A stretch of DNA of 64,000 nt. Source: Rickettsiales bacterium. Its GTDB lineage: Bacteria > Pseudomonadota > Alphaproteobacteria > Rs-D84. Every line of letters starts with the position of its first letter. Within the stretch, counting starts at the first letter, position 1. The DNA lies in NCBI GenBank assembly GCA_031262525.1, contig JAISHM010000007.1:21635-85634 (forward strand), given 5' to 3'. The notes under the pieces are model-generated. The model was not told the DNA's origin. It saw nothing but the letters and a program-made list of their open reading frames with translations, and ran no database searches. This document shows positions 18,010-27,418 of this stretch, piece by piece. Both the position numbers and the translations under genes were made by a program.

Positions 18010-18028
18010 AAAATAATAATAAAAAAAC

Positions 18029-18057
18029 TTGATTTTTATAAATTCTTGTGGTTAAAT
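18029..18057 (+). promoter_or_regulatory. Promoter of rpmH (TTGATT-17-TTAAAT with TGn extended -10)
   Basis: TTGATT at 18029-18034, TG at 18049-18050, TTAAAT at 18052-18057. Confidence 0.45.
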
Positions 18058-18086
18058 ACCGCGAATAAAATAAAAGAGATTTAGTT

Positions 18087-18239
18087 ATGGCAACAAAACG
18101 GACATATCAACCATCAAAAACTCGTCGTGTGAAAACGCACGGGTTTCGTGAAAAAATGGCAACAAAAAGCGGACGCGATGTCTTGAATCGTCGTCGCGCC
18201 AAGGGGCGCGCACGTATCGCGGTATCCGCCGTCAATTAA
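18087..18239 (+). CDS. rpmH: 50S ribosomal protein L34
   Basis: Manual translation: [50 protein letters not shown] (50 aa). Below the ORF-track cutoff. Confidence 0.95.
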   Translation: MATKRTYQPSKTRRVKTHGFREKMATKSGRDVLNRRRAKGRARIAVSAVN

Positions 18240-18253
18240 AAGTGTGGGCAAAA

Positions 18254-18997
18254 ATGTCACGCACAAAAAAGATATTTGCGAATTTAATCTGTTGTTTAAT
18301 TCCATTAAAAAAATTGCGTCGCCGTGCACGCAATTTTTTACTTTTACCATTTGGCGCACGTAACTATATAATATCACTGGGACATGCATGCTTCGCAGCC
18401 GGCGGAATTGCAAAATCTGGTGGGCGGCGTTTTTCGGGGCCGTTTGATTGGTGTTGGGGTTCGTCTTGTAATAAAAAATTAGAAATTATTTTTAATAAAT
18501 TTGCGCATTTTTTTGACAAGCGCGACTTTGACCATATCGGCATTGACCCAAACAATCATTATCAAATTTATCATAATACAAACACAGATATTTTTTACAA
18601 TCATGATTTTGGCCCCGATTCTGATTTTAATACTGAATACCCGATTGTTTTTGATAAATATACACGACGAATTGACCGCGTTATGAAAATATTGAATAAG
18701 CGGCGCGCACGGGTTTTACTGGTGTATGGGGAACGCGTCGATGGTCCAATGAATTTTGATTTGCACCAATTGACCAAAATAATGGAAAAATTAAACAAAA
18801 AATATCCGGCACAAATCCGTCTATTGTATATAAAACACAATCTTGAAAATAACGACGAATCAGTTATACGCGACAACCAATATATCTTTACTACAAATTA
18901 CATACACAATGTATATTCGCCCCAAACCGACCCATTTATAGAAGAATTGATAGCAAAAATGATTAAATCATATTATGAACTTTATGATAGACACTGA
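18254..18997 (+). CDS. DUF1796-like (putative papain-fold) protein
   Basis: The N-terminal IISLGHACFAAGGIAKSGGRRFSGPFDW matches my recollection of the DUF1796 signature (SLG-x-x-C ... PFDW). It starts 15 nt after the rpmH stop and is AT-rich. Confidence 0.5.
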   Translation: MSRTKKIFANLICCLIPLKKLRRRARNFLLLPFGARNYIISLGHACFAAGGIAKSGGRRFSGPFDWCWGSSCNKKLEIIFNKFAHFFDKRDFDHIGIDPNNHYQIYHNTNTDIFYNHDFGPDSDFNTEYPIVFDKYTRRIDRVMKILNKRRARVLLVYGERVDGPMNFDLHQLTKIMEKLNKKYPAQIRLLYIKHNLENNDESVIRDNQYIFTTNYIHNVYSPQTDPFIEELIAKMIKSYYELYDRH

Positions 18998-19578
18998 ATT
19001 GCCGCACTGGCATTTTTAATCATCAGCCAGCCATAACGATAATCACTGATATAAATTGTTATCATAAATATAATAAATGCAGCAATAACCAGCCCAACAC
19101 GAATTTTATTTCCACGCATACAATACACTGCGATATTATACAGCAAGAATATAAAATATCCATCAACCAATATACTGATAATCCATAAACTGGTGCAATT
19201 AAATGCCAGCGCGTTTATAATCAACATAACCGGATAGATAAAAAATACAGACGCTAACCCCTTGACTGCAATCTCCCAATCGCGTTCGCCACCCGTAATT
19301 TCGGACACCAACATCAACAGCCCCGACATAACGAACAACAATCCCACCGCCAAGAACGGGGTTATAATCAAATGAGAAAACACACTGGAAAAAGTAATCG
19401 CCGCCCCGCCAACTAAATTTATAAATAACACCGCCATACCACCAATCAGACCATATATAAATGCCTTTAACATAGACTCTTCGGTATTGCCATCGGCGAC
19501 AATCCGCGAAAAGAATTGTTTCGGATTTACCAATATGTTTAATATGTGGCGACCCCACTTTTTTAATTTTGCAATCAT
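18982..19578 (-). CDS. Yip1-domain membrane protein
   Basis: Five TM segments after an N-terminal region (MIAKLKKWGRHILNILVNPKQFFSRI...). The start was trimmed to 19578, because the longer ORF would overlap der. Confidence 0.6.
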   Translation of the reverse strand: MIAKLKKWGRHILNILVNPKQFFSRIVADGNTEESMLKAFIYGLIGGMAVLFINLVGGAAITFSSVFSHLIITPFLAVGLLFVMSGLLMLVSEITGGERDWEIAVKGLASVFFIYPVMLIINALAFNCTSLWIISILVDGYFIFLLYNIAVYCMRGNKIRVGLVIAAFIIFMITIYISDYRYGWLMIKNASAAIQCLS

Positions 19579-19646
19579 TTTTTGCCTTTCTTTATTTTTA
19601 TGTTTATAATAGACGCATAATAAATAAAATTCAATAGGAAAAAAAA

Positions 19647-20978
19647 ATGAAGGTCGCAATTGCGGGACGCCCGAATACTGGAAAATCAACATTGTTTAAC
19701 GCATTGACGGGAACGCGTGGCGCGCTGGTGCATAATCGCCCCGGGGTTACGCGCGATGTTTTAACAGGGGTCGGGAACCTTGGGGATTTAACCTTTGATT
19801 TAATGGACACTGCTGGTTTGGAGGACCGCGCCACAGAACTGGAAAAACAATCAACCGAGTTTGCTTTGGACGCTGTGCGTTCTGCGGATGCGGTCTTATT
19901 CGTTGTTGATGGACGCACAGGGGTCACAGCGGACGACATTGAATGGGCGCGTCGTATTCGGCGGGCGCGCGGTGGGGCGCAAACTTTGTTGGTTGCGAAC
20001 AAAACAGAATCATCAAAAAAAATAAATGACTTGTCCGATTTTTATAAATTGGGTTTTGGCGCACCTGCGACAATTTCCGCAGAACATAAAATCGGATTTG
20101 ATAGAATTTATGATTTTTTAGAGCCTTTGCGCGATGAAAAAATTGCGACCGAGACCGATAAAAACGCGCGTATGCGTTTAACAATTATGGGACAACCGAA
20201 TGTTGGGAAATCCACACTGGTCAATAAAATCCTGGGGCGCCCGCGCGTGATTGTGCGCGACCAGCCGGGTGTTACACGCGACACTATTGAAATACCAGCA
20301 AAATATCTGAATCGCGATATTATTATAAATGACACGGCTGGATTGCGCAGAAAATCCAATATCACGGACGGATTGGAAACACTATCCGCATTAAAATCTT
20401 TGGACGCACTGAATAAAACAGATGCGGTAATTTTAGTGGTTGATGCAACGCGCGATATTGAAAAACAAGCACTGGGGATTGCATCGCGAATTTATGATGC
20501 CGGGAAGGTTTTATGCATTGCGTTGAATAAATGGGATTTAGTGGAAGAGATAGAACGCGAAGACAAATTATTAAAGTTAAAGCACCAGTTTAAGAAATCT
20601 TTTCATCAAATTATAAAGCCGATGATTTTACCAATGTCGGCGGAAAATGGAATGGGGGTGCGTAATTTAATGCGTCGCGTTTTTGACCTGTATGATAAAT
20701 CACAGAATCGTGTTTCTACTGCATTATTAAATCGCACAATGGAAAAGTTGATAGAAGCGCGCCAACCACCAATGTCGCGATTAAAGCGACCAATGAAAAT
20801 AAAATTCGTGACCCAGGTATCAACATCACCGATTCGCATTACGATAAATGTTGGGGGTGCGTCCGATATCCCAGAATCCTATACGCGGTATTTGCGGCGC
20901 GGTTTGGCGATGGCGCTGGATTGGGAACAACTTCCTATTTTCATTGAGTATAAAAAAACGGAAAATCCATACGATTAA
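19647..20978 (+). CDS. der: Ribosome-associated GTPase Der/EngA (tandem GTPase domains)
   Basis: Two G-domains: GRPNTGKST/DTAGL/NKTE and GQPNVGKST/DTAGL/NKWD, plus a KH-like C-terminus. Confidence 0.95.
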   Translation: MKVAIAGRPNTGKSTLFNALTGTRGALVHNRPGVTRDVLTGVGNLGDLTFDLMDTAGLEDRATELEKQSTEFALDAVRSADAVLFVVDGRTGVTADDIEWARRIRRARGGAQTLLVANKTESSKKINDLSDFYKLGFGAPATISAEHKIGFDRIYDFLEPLRDEKIATETDKNARMRLTIMGQPNVGKSTLVNKILGRPRVIVRDQPGVTRDTIEIPAKYLNRDIIINDTAGLRRKSNITDGLETLSALKSLDALNKTDAVILVVDATRDIEKQALGIASRIYDAGKVLCIALNKWDLVEEIEREDKLLKLKHQFKKSFHQIIKPMILPMSAENGMGVRNLMRRVFDLYDKSQNRVSTALLNRTMEKLIEARQPPMSRLKRPMKIKFVTQVSTSPIRITINVGGASDIPESYTRYLRRGLAMALDWEQLPIFIEYKKTENPYD

Positions 20979-20997
20979 ATAAAGGAGTTAAAAAAAA

Positions 20998-21738
20998 ATG
21001 GATATAAAGTATAGCGAGAAAAAAACATTAAAAACATACCAAACAGATATGTATGGCTTTATGCGGCCGATGATGGTTATGAACGAATTACAGGCGCTGG
21101 CTGATACCCATGCTGAAAAACTGGGCGTTGGGCGGACATGGTGTTTGGAAAATAATGTTGCATGGGTTGTAACACATTATTTACTGGATATGCCATACCT
21201 GCCCCGCGAAGGAGATGAAATAGAATTAGAAACATGGCCTGTATCACATGATAATCTAAAAGCGGTTCGTGATTTTAATGTCCGCGATAAAGATGGCAAT
21301 GTAATAATATCCGCGACCAGTCAATGGATTTTAATAGATATGGAAACGCGACGTCCTGTGCGTATTGGGGACTATTTGCCAAAAACTTGGGGCGAGAATA
21401 GTGTTCGCGCATTGGATTTACCTTTTGCAAAATTGCCAGACTTTACCCCTACCGAAGAAGATGTTTTATTTGCGGTTCGTTATGATGACATAGATGTAAA
21501 TAAACATGTCAATAACGCGGTCTATATCATTTGGGCGACAGAATCTGTCGGACTGGATTATCGCGAGGTTCATGAACTGCGCAAACTATTTGTAAATTTC
21601 CGCAAGGAAATTCCCGCCGCACCGATGAATTTACAAGTTGAAATTGCAAAGACCGGACTGATTACCAGAAACAAAGTAAAAAGCGGCGATACCGAATTTG
21701 CACGCGTGTATTGCGAATGGAAAAAACGCTATGAGTAA
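20998..21738 (+). CDS. Acyl-ACP thioesterase (FatA/B-like, tandem hotdog)
   Basis: 246 aa. Pattern YQTDMYGFMRP...LQALADTHAEKLG...WVVTHYLLDM...YDDIDVNKHVNNAVY is typical of the acyl-ACP thioesterase family. Confidence 0.75.
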   Translation: MDIKYSEKKTLKTYQTDMYGFMRPMMVMNELQALADTHAEKLGVGRTWCLENNVAWVVTHYLLDMPYLPREGDEIELETWPVSHDNLKAVRDFNVRDKDGNVIISATSQWILIDMETRRPVRIGDYLPKTWGENSVRALDLPFAKLPDFTPTEEDVLFAVRYDDIDVNKHVNNAVYIIWATESVGLDYREVHELRKLFVNFRKEIPAAPMNLQVEIAKTGLITRNKVKSGDTEFARVYCEWKKRYE

Positions 21739-22348
21739 AAAAATAGTTGTATTTGATTTTGATGGAACGCTGTCGGCATCTGACGCGAATATGGAATTTT
21801 GGAAATACTGCTTTCGCCACAGCGTGCGTCCATGGCTGTTTTTGCCGGCGATTGGGGTTGGATATCTGATTGCAAAATATCAAAAACCATCAACCGCCGT
21901 GAATAAAACAGCGGTATTGTGGCGCGAACTGATACGATGCTTTATTTCCAAAAGAATGATAAGAAAATTATCGCCTGTTTTTTTACGAGAACACAGGGCG
22001 CGTCGTTTTGATTGGGCCACGGATTGCATTGCACGTGAAAAAGCAGATGGGAATATGGCGGTATTGGTATCAGCGGGAATGGATTATTTGATAAATCCCT
22101 TGGTTTCCGATATGGGATTTGATGTAATAATAACATCGGTTATGAATAAAAATATCCCTTGGAAATTTGATTTTTTATGCTGGGGTGATAATAAGGTTGT
22201 CGCACTGAACAAATGGGCAAAAGAAAATAACATTAAATATCAGATTATTCGGTCATACGGCGACAGCGCTTCTGATTTACCGATTATGCGTCTGGGCGCC
22301 CAGATGATTTGGATTGACAGAAAAACAGGGAAAAGAGTAAAAAAATAA
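21731..22348 (+). CDS. HAD-IB family hydrolase (SerB-like fold)
   Basis: DxDGT motif VVFDFDGTLS and C-terminal YGDSASDLPIM. The start was trimmed to 21731 and overlaps the upstream stop by 8 nt. Confidence 0.75.
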   Translation: MSKKIVVFDFDGTLSASDANMEFWKYCFRHSVRPWLFLPAIGVGYLIAKYQKPSTAVNKTAVLWRELIRCFISKRMIRKLSPVFLREHRARRFDWATDCIAREKADGNMAVLVSAGMDYLINPLVSDMGFDVIITSVMNKNIPWKFDFLCWGDNKVVALNKWAKENNIKYQIIRSYGDSASDLPIMRLGAQMIWIDRKTGKRVKK

Positions 22349-22372
22349 TCCGCAATCGCGGATTATTTTTTT
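22347..22372. terminator. Bidirectional terminator; copy 1 of a 32-nt module repeated at 34526-34557
   Basis: AATCCGC-aatc-GCGGATT, preceded by an A-run and followed by A+T7. Lies between convergent genes. Confidence 0.65.
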
Positions 22373-22373
22373 G

Positions 22374-23951
22374 TTATTTTAATTCACCATTATCCAGCAT
22401 TTTTGCAATTTCATGATGTTTAATCTTTTTCGCGCTGGTTTGTGGCAACTCGTTTTCAGTAATCGCAAAATGAGAAACCCATTTATACGGCGCAATTGTT
22501 AAATTAGACATTTTTAATAACATTGCAACTTGCGCTGATGTAGTGCCTGGTTTTACCTGGAAAACACCGAATGGAACAACTTTGCCATTTATAACACGTT
22601 CTAAAACAGCGGCGGACAAGATTTCATCATTGGTCAAATACAAGTCTTCCAGCTCATCTGGATAAACATTTTTTCCAGAATCCAAAACAATAACTTGTTT
22701 TTTCCGTCCCTTTACAACCAGGCGCTTTTTATTATCAAACATTCCCAAATCCCCAGTCATAAACCATCCATCAGATGAAAATGCTTCTTTATTGGCAGTA
22801 TCATTTCCAACATATCCCGGCATAACCAAACTACCACGAACCCAAATTTCGCCGATACCATCATTATCTGGGTTATGAATTTTAATTTCATTTCCCTTTA
22901 ATGGACCAGCGTAATACATTTTCCCATTCGCTTGACGGAACGCGAAATTAAAATTCGCAGGTCCTGTCGTTTCGGTCAAACCATAACAATCACCGACTGA
23001 AAAATCCAAACTCTCGAAAAATTTACGCACGCGCGGTTTTAATGTCGCGCCCGCGGATATCAAAACACGCACACGACCGCCAAAAATTTTATGAATTGGT
23101 TTCATTGCGCGGTCATAAACAAAGCCCAATCCAGCCCAGCGCAGAACACCACGACATGCGATAATAGTCCGCATCAGCCAGTAAACGCGTTTCTGTTTTA
23201 ACCCGTCAATTATTTTTTTATAGAATGTTTCCCAAATTCGCGGCACTGCGGGAATAACATGAGGTTTGTATTGCTCAAAATCTTTCAGAAATTCTTTTGG
23301 GTTCAGAATTTGCTGTAACAACAAAGAACAATTTAACGCAATTGGCGCAATGATATTTATAACAACGCCATAGATATGATATAACGGCAGAAATCCATAA
23401 AACATATAACCATTTTTTATCACAGGTTTATAAAATTTTGCCCCATCTGCCAATGACACAATATTCCCGTGTGTTAAACCAACGATTTTTGGATTCCCCG
23501 TTGAACCAGATGTAAAAGACAACATTGCTATATCGGTTAAATCACAATCAGCTGCAATAAAATCATCTGGATTTGTGTCATCTATTGTTTCTATATCAAA
23601 CATTTTTGGACCACCATCAACAAAATAACTTTTTTGCGCGCATGCCAACTTGCATTTTGTGTGCTTCATCATATTCAGATGCTCGCCCGCAGACAAACCC
23701 GTATCCAGCATTAAACACTGCGCACCGGTTGCCGTAATTGCAAAGTATGATTTAATAAATTCTGGGGTGTTCGCGGAAAGAATTGCGACTACATCGCCCT
23801 TTTTAATCTTAAATTTATTGACCAATGTTACGGCGCGTTTTTGCACATCACGCAATAAATCCGCATACGTTTCCCCAGTGCGGACAAAAAAAGTTCGGGC
23901 AGCGTTTGTGGTGCAAGCGTCCCGAAACATTTCATAAATGTTTTTTATCAT
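22374..23951 (-). CDS. Long-chain fatty acid-CoA ligase / AMP-dependent synthetase
   Basis: AMP-binding motifs FTSGSTGNPKIV, YGLTET and GDLG...VVKGRKK. Confidence 0.85.
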   Translation of the reverse strand: MIKNIYEMFRDACTTNAARTFFVRTGETYADLLRDVQKRAVTLVNKFKIKKGDVVAILSANTPEFIKSYFAITATGAQCLMLDTGLSAGEHLNMMKHTKCKLACAQKSYFVDGGPKMFDIETIDDTNPDDFIAADCDLTDIAMLSFTSGSTGNPKIVGLTHGNIVSLADGAKFYKPVIKNGYMFYGFLPLYHIYGVVINIIAPIALNCSLLLQQILNPKEFLKDFEQYKPHVIPAVPRIWETFYKKIIDGLKQKRVYWLMRTIIACRGVLRWAGLGFVYDRAMKPIHKIFGGRVRVLISAGATLKPRVRKFFESLDFSVGDCYGLTETTGPANFNFAFRQANGKMYYAGPLKGNEIKIHNPDNDGIGEIWVRGSLVMPGYVGNDTANKEAFSSDGWFMTGDLGMFDNKKRLVVKGRKKQVIVLDSGKNVYPDELEDLYLTNDEILSAAVLERVINGKVVPFGVFQVKPGTTSAQVAMLLKMSNLTIAPYKWVSHFAITENELPQTSAKKIKHHEIAKMLDNGELK

Positions 23952-24079
23952 AATCAGTTTCCTTTGTTTTGTTTGATACCAATCAGTTTATTACTTTAAT
24001 ACACACATAATAGGAAAAACAACCTATAATTCATAAAATTGGTTGCGTGTGCCCAATGTAAATAATAACACAATAATCC

Positions 24080-24108
24080 TTGATTTTTAGAAAAATCTGG
24101 TTTATTAT
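24080..24108 (+). promoter_or_regulatory. Promoter of rpmG (TTGATT-17-TATTAT)
   Basis: TTGATT at 24080-24085 and TATTAT at 24103-24108. The ATG at 24136 sits behind SD AAAGG. Confidence 0.45.
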
Positions 24109-24135
24109 ACCCCCACAAATATAAAAGGTAAAGTT

Positions 24136-24315
24136 ATGGCAAGCAAAAAAGCATCAAAAATCGTTGTAAAAATGAACAACCCAGAAACTGGATATTTTTA
24201 CACAAAAACCAAAAATACAAAGTCTGAAAATACAGCAGGTAAAATGAAAATGCGCAAATACGACCCAAAAGTGCGCAAACATGTGATATTCACAGAAACA
24301 AAAATGCCATCATAA
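24136..24315 (+). CDS. rpmG: 50S ribosomal protein L33
   Basis: Manual translation: MASKKASKIVVKMNNPETGYFYTKTKNTKSENTAGKMKMRKYDPKVRKHVIFTETKMPS (59 aa). Zinc-less form (no Cys). Confidence 0.9.
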   Translation: MASKKASKIVVKMNNPETGYFYTKTKNTKSENTAGKMKMRKYDPKVRKHVIFTETKMPS

Positions 24316-24337
24316 TTGGTATTCAGGCAAGAAAATA

Positions 24338-24362
24338 ACCCCGACAATGTCGGGATTTTTTT
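24338..24362 (+). terminator. Rho-independent terminator after rpmG
   Basis: CCCGAC-aat-GTCGGG followed by ATTTTTTT. Confidence 0.55.
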
Positions 24363-24417
24363 AACCTAATTTACTTGCTTGAATCTTTGGCCTGCCACAC
24401 AAAGTTTTAACAAAGGG

Positions 24418-24493
24418 TGGTGGGTGATAACGGACTCGAACCGCTGACCTACTGGATGTAAACCAGACGCTCTACCAACTGAGCTAATCACCC
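24418..24493 (-). tRNA. tRNA-Val (anticodon TAC), CCA encoded
   Basis: Minus-strand sequence GGGTGATTAGCTCAGTTGGTAGAGCGTCTGGTTTACATCCAGTAGGTCAGCGGTTCGAGTCCGTTATCACCCACCA folds as a cloverleaf. Acceptor GGGTGAT/ATCACCC, D-arm GCTC/GAGC, anticodon loop TTTACAT, T-arm AGCGG-TTCGAGT-CCGTT. Confidence 0.9.
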
Positions 24494-24498
24494 AAAAT

Positions 24499-24545
24499 GG
24501 TCTGAGGTCTGAGGTAAAAATTCCCCAGACCCAAGACCCCAGACC
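24499..24545 (-). terminator. Long imperfect hairpin between the ybaB stop and tRNA-Val (terminator or processing stem)
   Basis: Plus strand GGTCTGAGGTCTGAGGT...CCCCAGACCCAAGACCCCAGACC. The arms are built from tandem GGTCTGAG / CCAGACC units. Confidence 0.4.
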
Positions 24546-24548
24546 TTA

Positions 24549-24848
24549 TTACATTGGCAATGGCATTCCCGCCGTCGCCGCCGACATTGTTTTATCTATT
24601 AAATCATCGGTCTTGGCCTTGGCATCGTTAAACGCCGCAGTTACCAAGGCGGTGATTGTTTCCAAATCTTCCTTTAATAAATCTGGCGCCAAGGTCAATT
24701 TTATTAAATCGTATTTGCCGTTCATTTCAACGATTACCAATCCATTACCCGCAATCCCTTTGACACGCGCCGCGCCCAGTTCTTCCTGGGCTTTTGCAAC
24801 CTTGTCTTGCAGTTCTTGCGCTTGTTTCATCAGTGCTTGCATATCCAT
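24549..24848 (-). CDS. ybaB: Nucleoid-associated protein YbaB/EbfC
   Basis: MDMQALMKQAQELQDKVAKAQEELGAARVKGIAGNGLVIVEMNGKYDLIKLTLAPDLL. The start was trimmed to 24848. Confidence 0.9.
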   Translation of the reverse strand: MDMQALMKQAQELQDKVAKAQEELGAARVKGIAGNGLVIVEMNGKYDLIKLTLAPDLLKEDLETITALVTAAFNDAKAKTDDLIDKTMSAATAGMPLPM

Positions 24849-24849
24849 T

Positions 24850-27000
24850 TTATTTTTCCTCTTTTCCTGTTTTTTGGTTGATTCCGACCATAGACAGACG
24901 GGTTTTGCCGCGTTTATCCACACCCAGGTATTTTACAAATACTTTGTCGCCTTCTTTTAATTTCGCATCCTCTATTTTATTCAGGCGTTCGCCAGTGATT
25001 TCCGAAATATGGACCAAAGATTCAAAATTACCATTCATTATTTTAACAAACAAACCAAAGTCTTTCAAGCCCGATACAACACCTTCGTAAATTTGACCAA
25101 CTTCTGGTTCTGCGGTGATTTCTTTTATACGCGCCATCGCATTATCAGCGTCTGACTTATCCGTCGCCATAATTTTGATTGTGCCATCATCAGTGATATC
25201 AATACTGGTGTTGGTTTCTTTGGTCAATGCTTGAATCACACTGCCCCCCTTGCCAATAACTTCGCGGATTTTATCAGGATTGATTTTCATCACAAATGTT
25301 TGTGGTGCAAATTTTGATAATTCTTTACGTGGTGATTTAATCGCTTTGTTCATAATACCCAAAATATGCAAACGCCCGTCCTTGGCCTGCGCCAATGCGC
25401 GTTTCATAATATCAAAAGTAATAGATGTGATTTTAATATCCATCTGCAAAGCGGTAACACCTTTGTCCGTTCCGGTGACCTTGAAATCCATATCACCCAA
25501 ATGGTCTTCGTCGCCCATAATATCGGTCAAAACCTCAAATTCATCGCCTTCTTTAATCAGCCCCATCGCAATACCAGCAACCGGACGCACCATTGGAACA
25601 CCCCCGTCCATCAGTGCCAATGTAGTGCCACATACCGTCGCCATTGACGATGACCCATTGGATTCCAAAACATCAGAAACCGCGCGGATTGTATAATCAA
25701 ATTGTTCTTTACTTGGCAACATCGGATTGATTGCACGCCATGCCAACTTCCCATGACCCAGTTCACGACGCTTTGGCGCGCCGATACGCCCAACTTCGCC
25801 CACACTGAACGGAGGAAAATTGTAATCCAATATAAATCTATCATCTGATGCCCCGTCCATGGATTCAATTGGACGCGCATCTTTGTCATTACCCAATGTC
25901 AATGTAACCAGCGCCTGGGTTTCGCCACGTGTAAATAACGCCGACCCGTGTGTGCGTGGCAGGACGCCGACTTCGACCTCTATCGGTCTGACGGTTTTGG
26001 AATCACGACCATCTATACGCGGTTTTTTATCCAGGATATTACGACGCATAATCCGCGAAGTAATCCCCTCTATAATTTCATTCGCCCATAATTTTTGCAG
26101 GTCTGTCGCGTCCGCAATAGAATCACGCGCATCCGCCTTTATTGCGTCCATTTCTGCATAGCGGTCCATCTTTGCCGCAATCGTCAAGGCATCAGAAATC
26201 CGGTCCGCAAAACGTTCCAAATCAGATTCTAATTGCACATATTCCGCAGGTTGTCCCAAAACATCCCACGCCGCTTTCCCAGCCGCTTCTTTTAATTCGT
26301 TGATTGCACCGATAACTGGCTGGAACGCGTCAAAGCCAAACTTTACCGCACCCAACATTTCTTCTTCGGTCAGTTCCCCGGCCTCGGACTCTACCATCAA
26401 CACGCCATCTTTTGTCCCCGCTACAACTAATTCCAATTCAGAATCCATAACTTCTTTGCGTGAAGGGTTCAAGATATATTCTCCATTTACAAAGCCAACA
26501 CGCGCCGCGCCAATCGGACCCATAAACGGAATCCCAGAAATAGCCAACGCCGCCGATGACGCAATCATCGCCAAAATATCAGGCTGATTTTCCCTATCAT
26601 ACGAAAATACGGTTGCCACAATTTGGGTTTCATTCTTAAATGTTTCTGGAAACAACGGACGAATTGGTCGGTCAATTAAACGCGCCGTCAGCGTTTCGTT
26701 CAATGATGCACGACCCTCGCGCCGGTCGCGAGAACCAGGAATACGACCCGCAGACGCCATTTTTTCTGTGTAATCAACGGTTAGCGGAAAAAAGTCTTGT
26801 CCTTCTTTTGCACTGCGCGCCGCAACAACGGTTGCCAAAACCATCGTTCCACCCATTGTTGCCATAACACTGCCTGTTGCCTGTTTCGCAAAGCGATTTG
26901 TTTCCAGTGTCAGCGTTTTCCCACCAAAATCCACCTGGATACTGATTGGATTATTTAATACATTTTTTGGGGCTTTGTCCCCGATTAAACCAAATAACAT
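24850..27000 (-). CDS. pnp: Polyribonucleotide nucleotidyltransferase (PNPase)
   Basis: Two RNase PH domains, a KH domain (IREVIGKGGSVIQAL) and an S1 domain (GQIYEGVVSGLKDFGLFVKI). The start was trimmed to the ATG at 27000 behind GGAG. Confidence 0.95.
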   Translation of the reverse strand: MLFGLIGDKAPKNVLNNPISIQVDFGGKTLTLETNRFAKQATGSVMATMGGTMVLATVVAARSAKEGQDFFPLTVDYTEKMASAGRIPGSRDRREGRASLNETLTARLIDRPIRPLFPETFKNETQIVATVFSYDRENQPDILAMIASSAALAISGIPFMGPIGAARVGFVNGEYILNPSRKEVMDSELELVVAGTKDGVLMVESEAGELTEEEMLGAVKFGFDAFQPVIGAINELKEAAGKAAWDVLGQPAEYVQLESDLERFADRISDALTIAAKMDRYAEMDAIKADARDSIADATDLQKLWANEIIEGITSRIMRRNILDKKPRIDGRDSKTVRPIEVEVGVLPRTHGSALFTRGETQALVTLTLGNDKDARPIESMDGASDDRFILDYNFPPFSVGEVGRIGAPKRRELGHGKLAWRAINPMLPSKEQFDYTIRAVSDVLESNGSSSMATVCGTTLALMDGGVPMVRPVAGIAMGLIKEGDEFEVLTDIMGDEDHLGDMDFKVTGTDKGVTALQMDIKITSITFDIMKRALAQAKDGRLHILGIMNKAIKSPRKELSKFAPQTFVMKINPDKIREVIGKGGSVIQALTKETNTSIDITDDGTIKIMATDKSDADNAMARIKEITAEPEVGQIYEGVVSGLKDFGLFVKIMNGNFESLVHISEITGERLNKIEDAKLKEGDKVFVKYLGVDKRGKTRLSMVGINQKTGKEEK

Positions 27001-27136
27001 TTTTTTTCTCCTGTTGTTATTATTATATTTCGGGAGAAAATTATTCATTCCTATCCATTCGTGATGAATAAAAAAGAATAATCTGTCTTCTCCCTATTTA
27101 TTTATGGGCGAACAACTGCCCGCCCAATAGTTTTTA

Positions 27137-27418
27137 TTATTTACGCAAACCTAATTTTTTAATCAGTGTTTCATACTCTGTCACATTGCGCTTTTTAATA
27201 TACGACAGCAATTTTTTACGACGATTCACCATCAACAACAAACCGCGTTTAGAGTGTTCATCCTTGTGATTTGCCTTCATATGTTCGGTCAAATTGTTGA
27301 TACGCGCCGTTAAAACCGCAACCTGGGTTGCAGCAGAACCGCCATTATCCACATCTGACACCTTATTTTCAGCAATAATTTTTGCCTTTATATTTTTAAT
27401 AAATGTTTTTACCGACAT
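27137..27418 (-). CDS. rpsO: 30S ribosomal protein S15
   Basis: [47 protein letters not shown]. Confidence 0.95.
   Translation of the reverse strand: MSVKTFIKNIKAKIIAENKVSDVDNGGSAATQVAVLTARINNLTEHMKANHKDEHSKRGLLLMVNRRKKLLSYIKKRNVTEYETLIKKLGLRK

Noticed and set aside
24316-24548. tRNA-Val as an integration site for a genomic island
   Set aside because: There is no integrase, no direct repeat of the tRNA 3' end, and the flanking genes (rpmG, ybaB, pnp) are core.
27001-27136. rpsO-pnp intergenic hairpin (GGGCG...CGCCC) as a pnp autoregulatory leader
   Set aside because: It is plausible by analogy with E. coli, but the stem is short. I could not distinguish it from a simple rpsO terminator by eye, so it is not reported as a feature.
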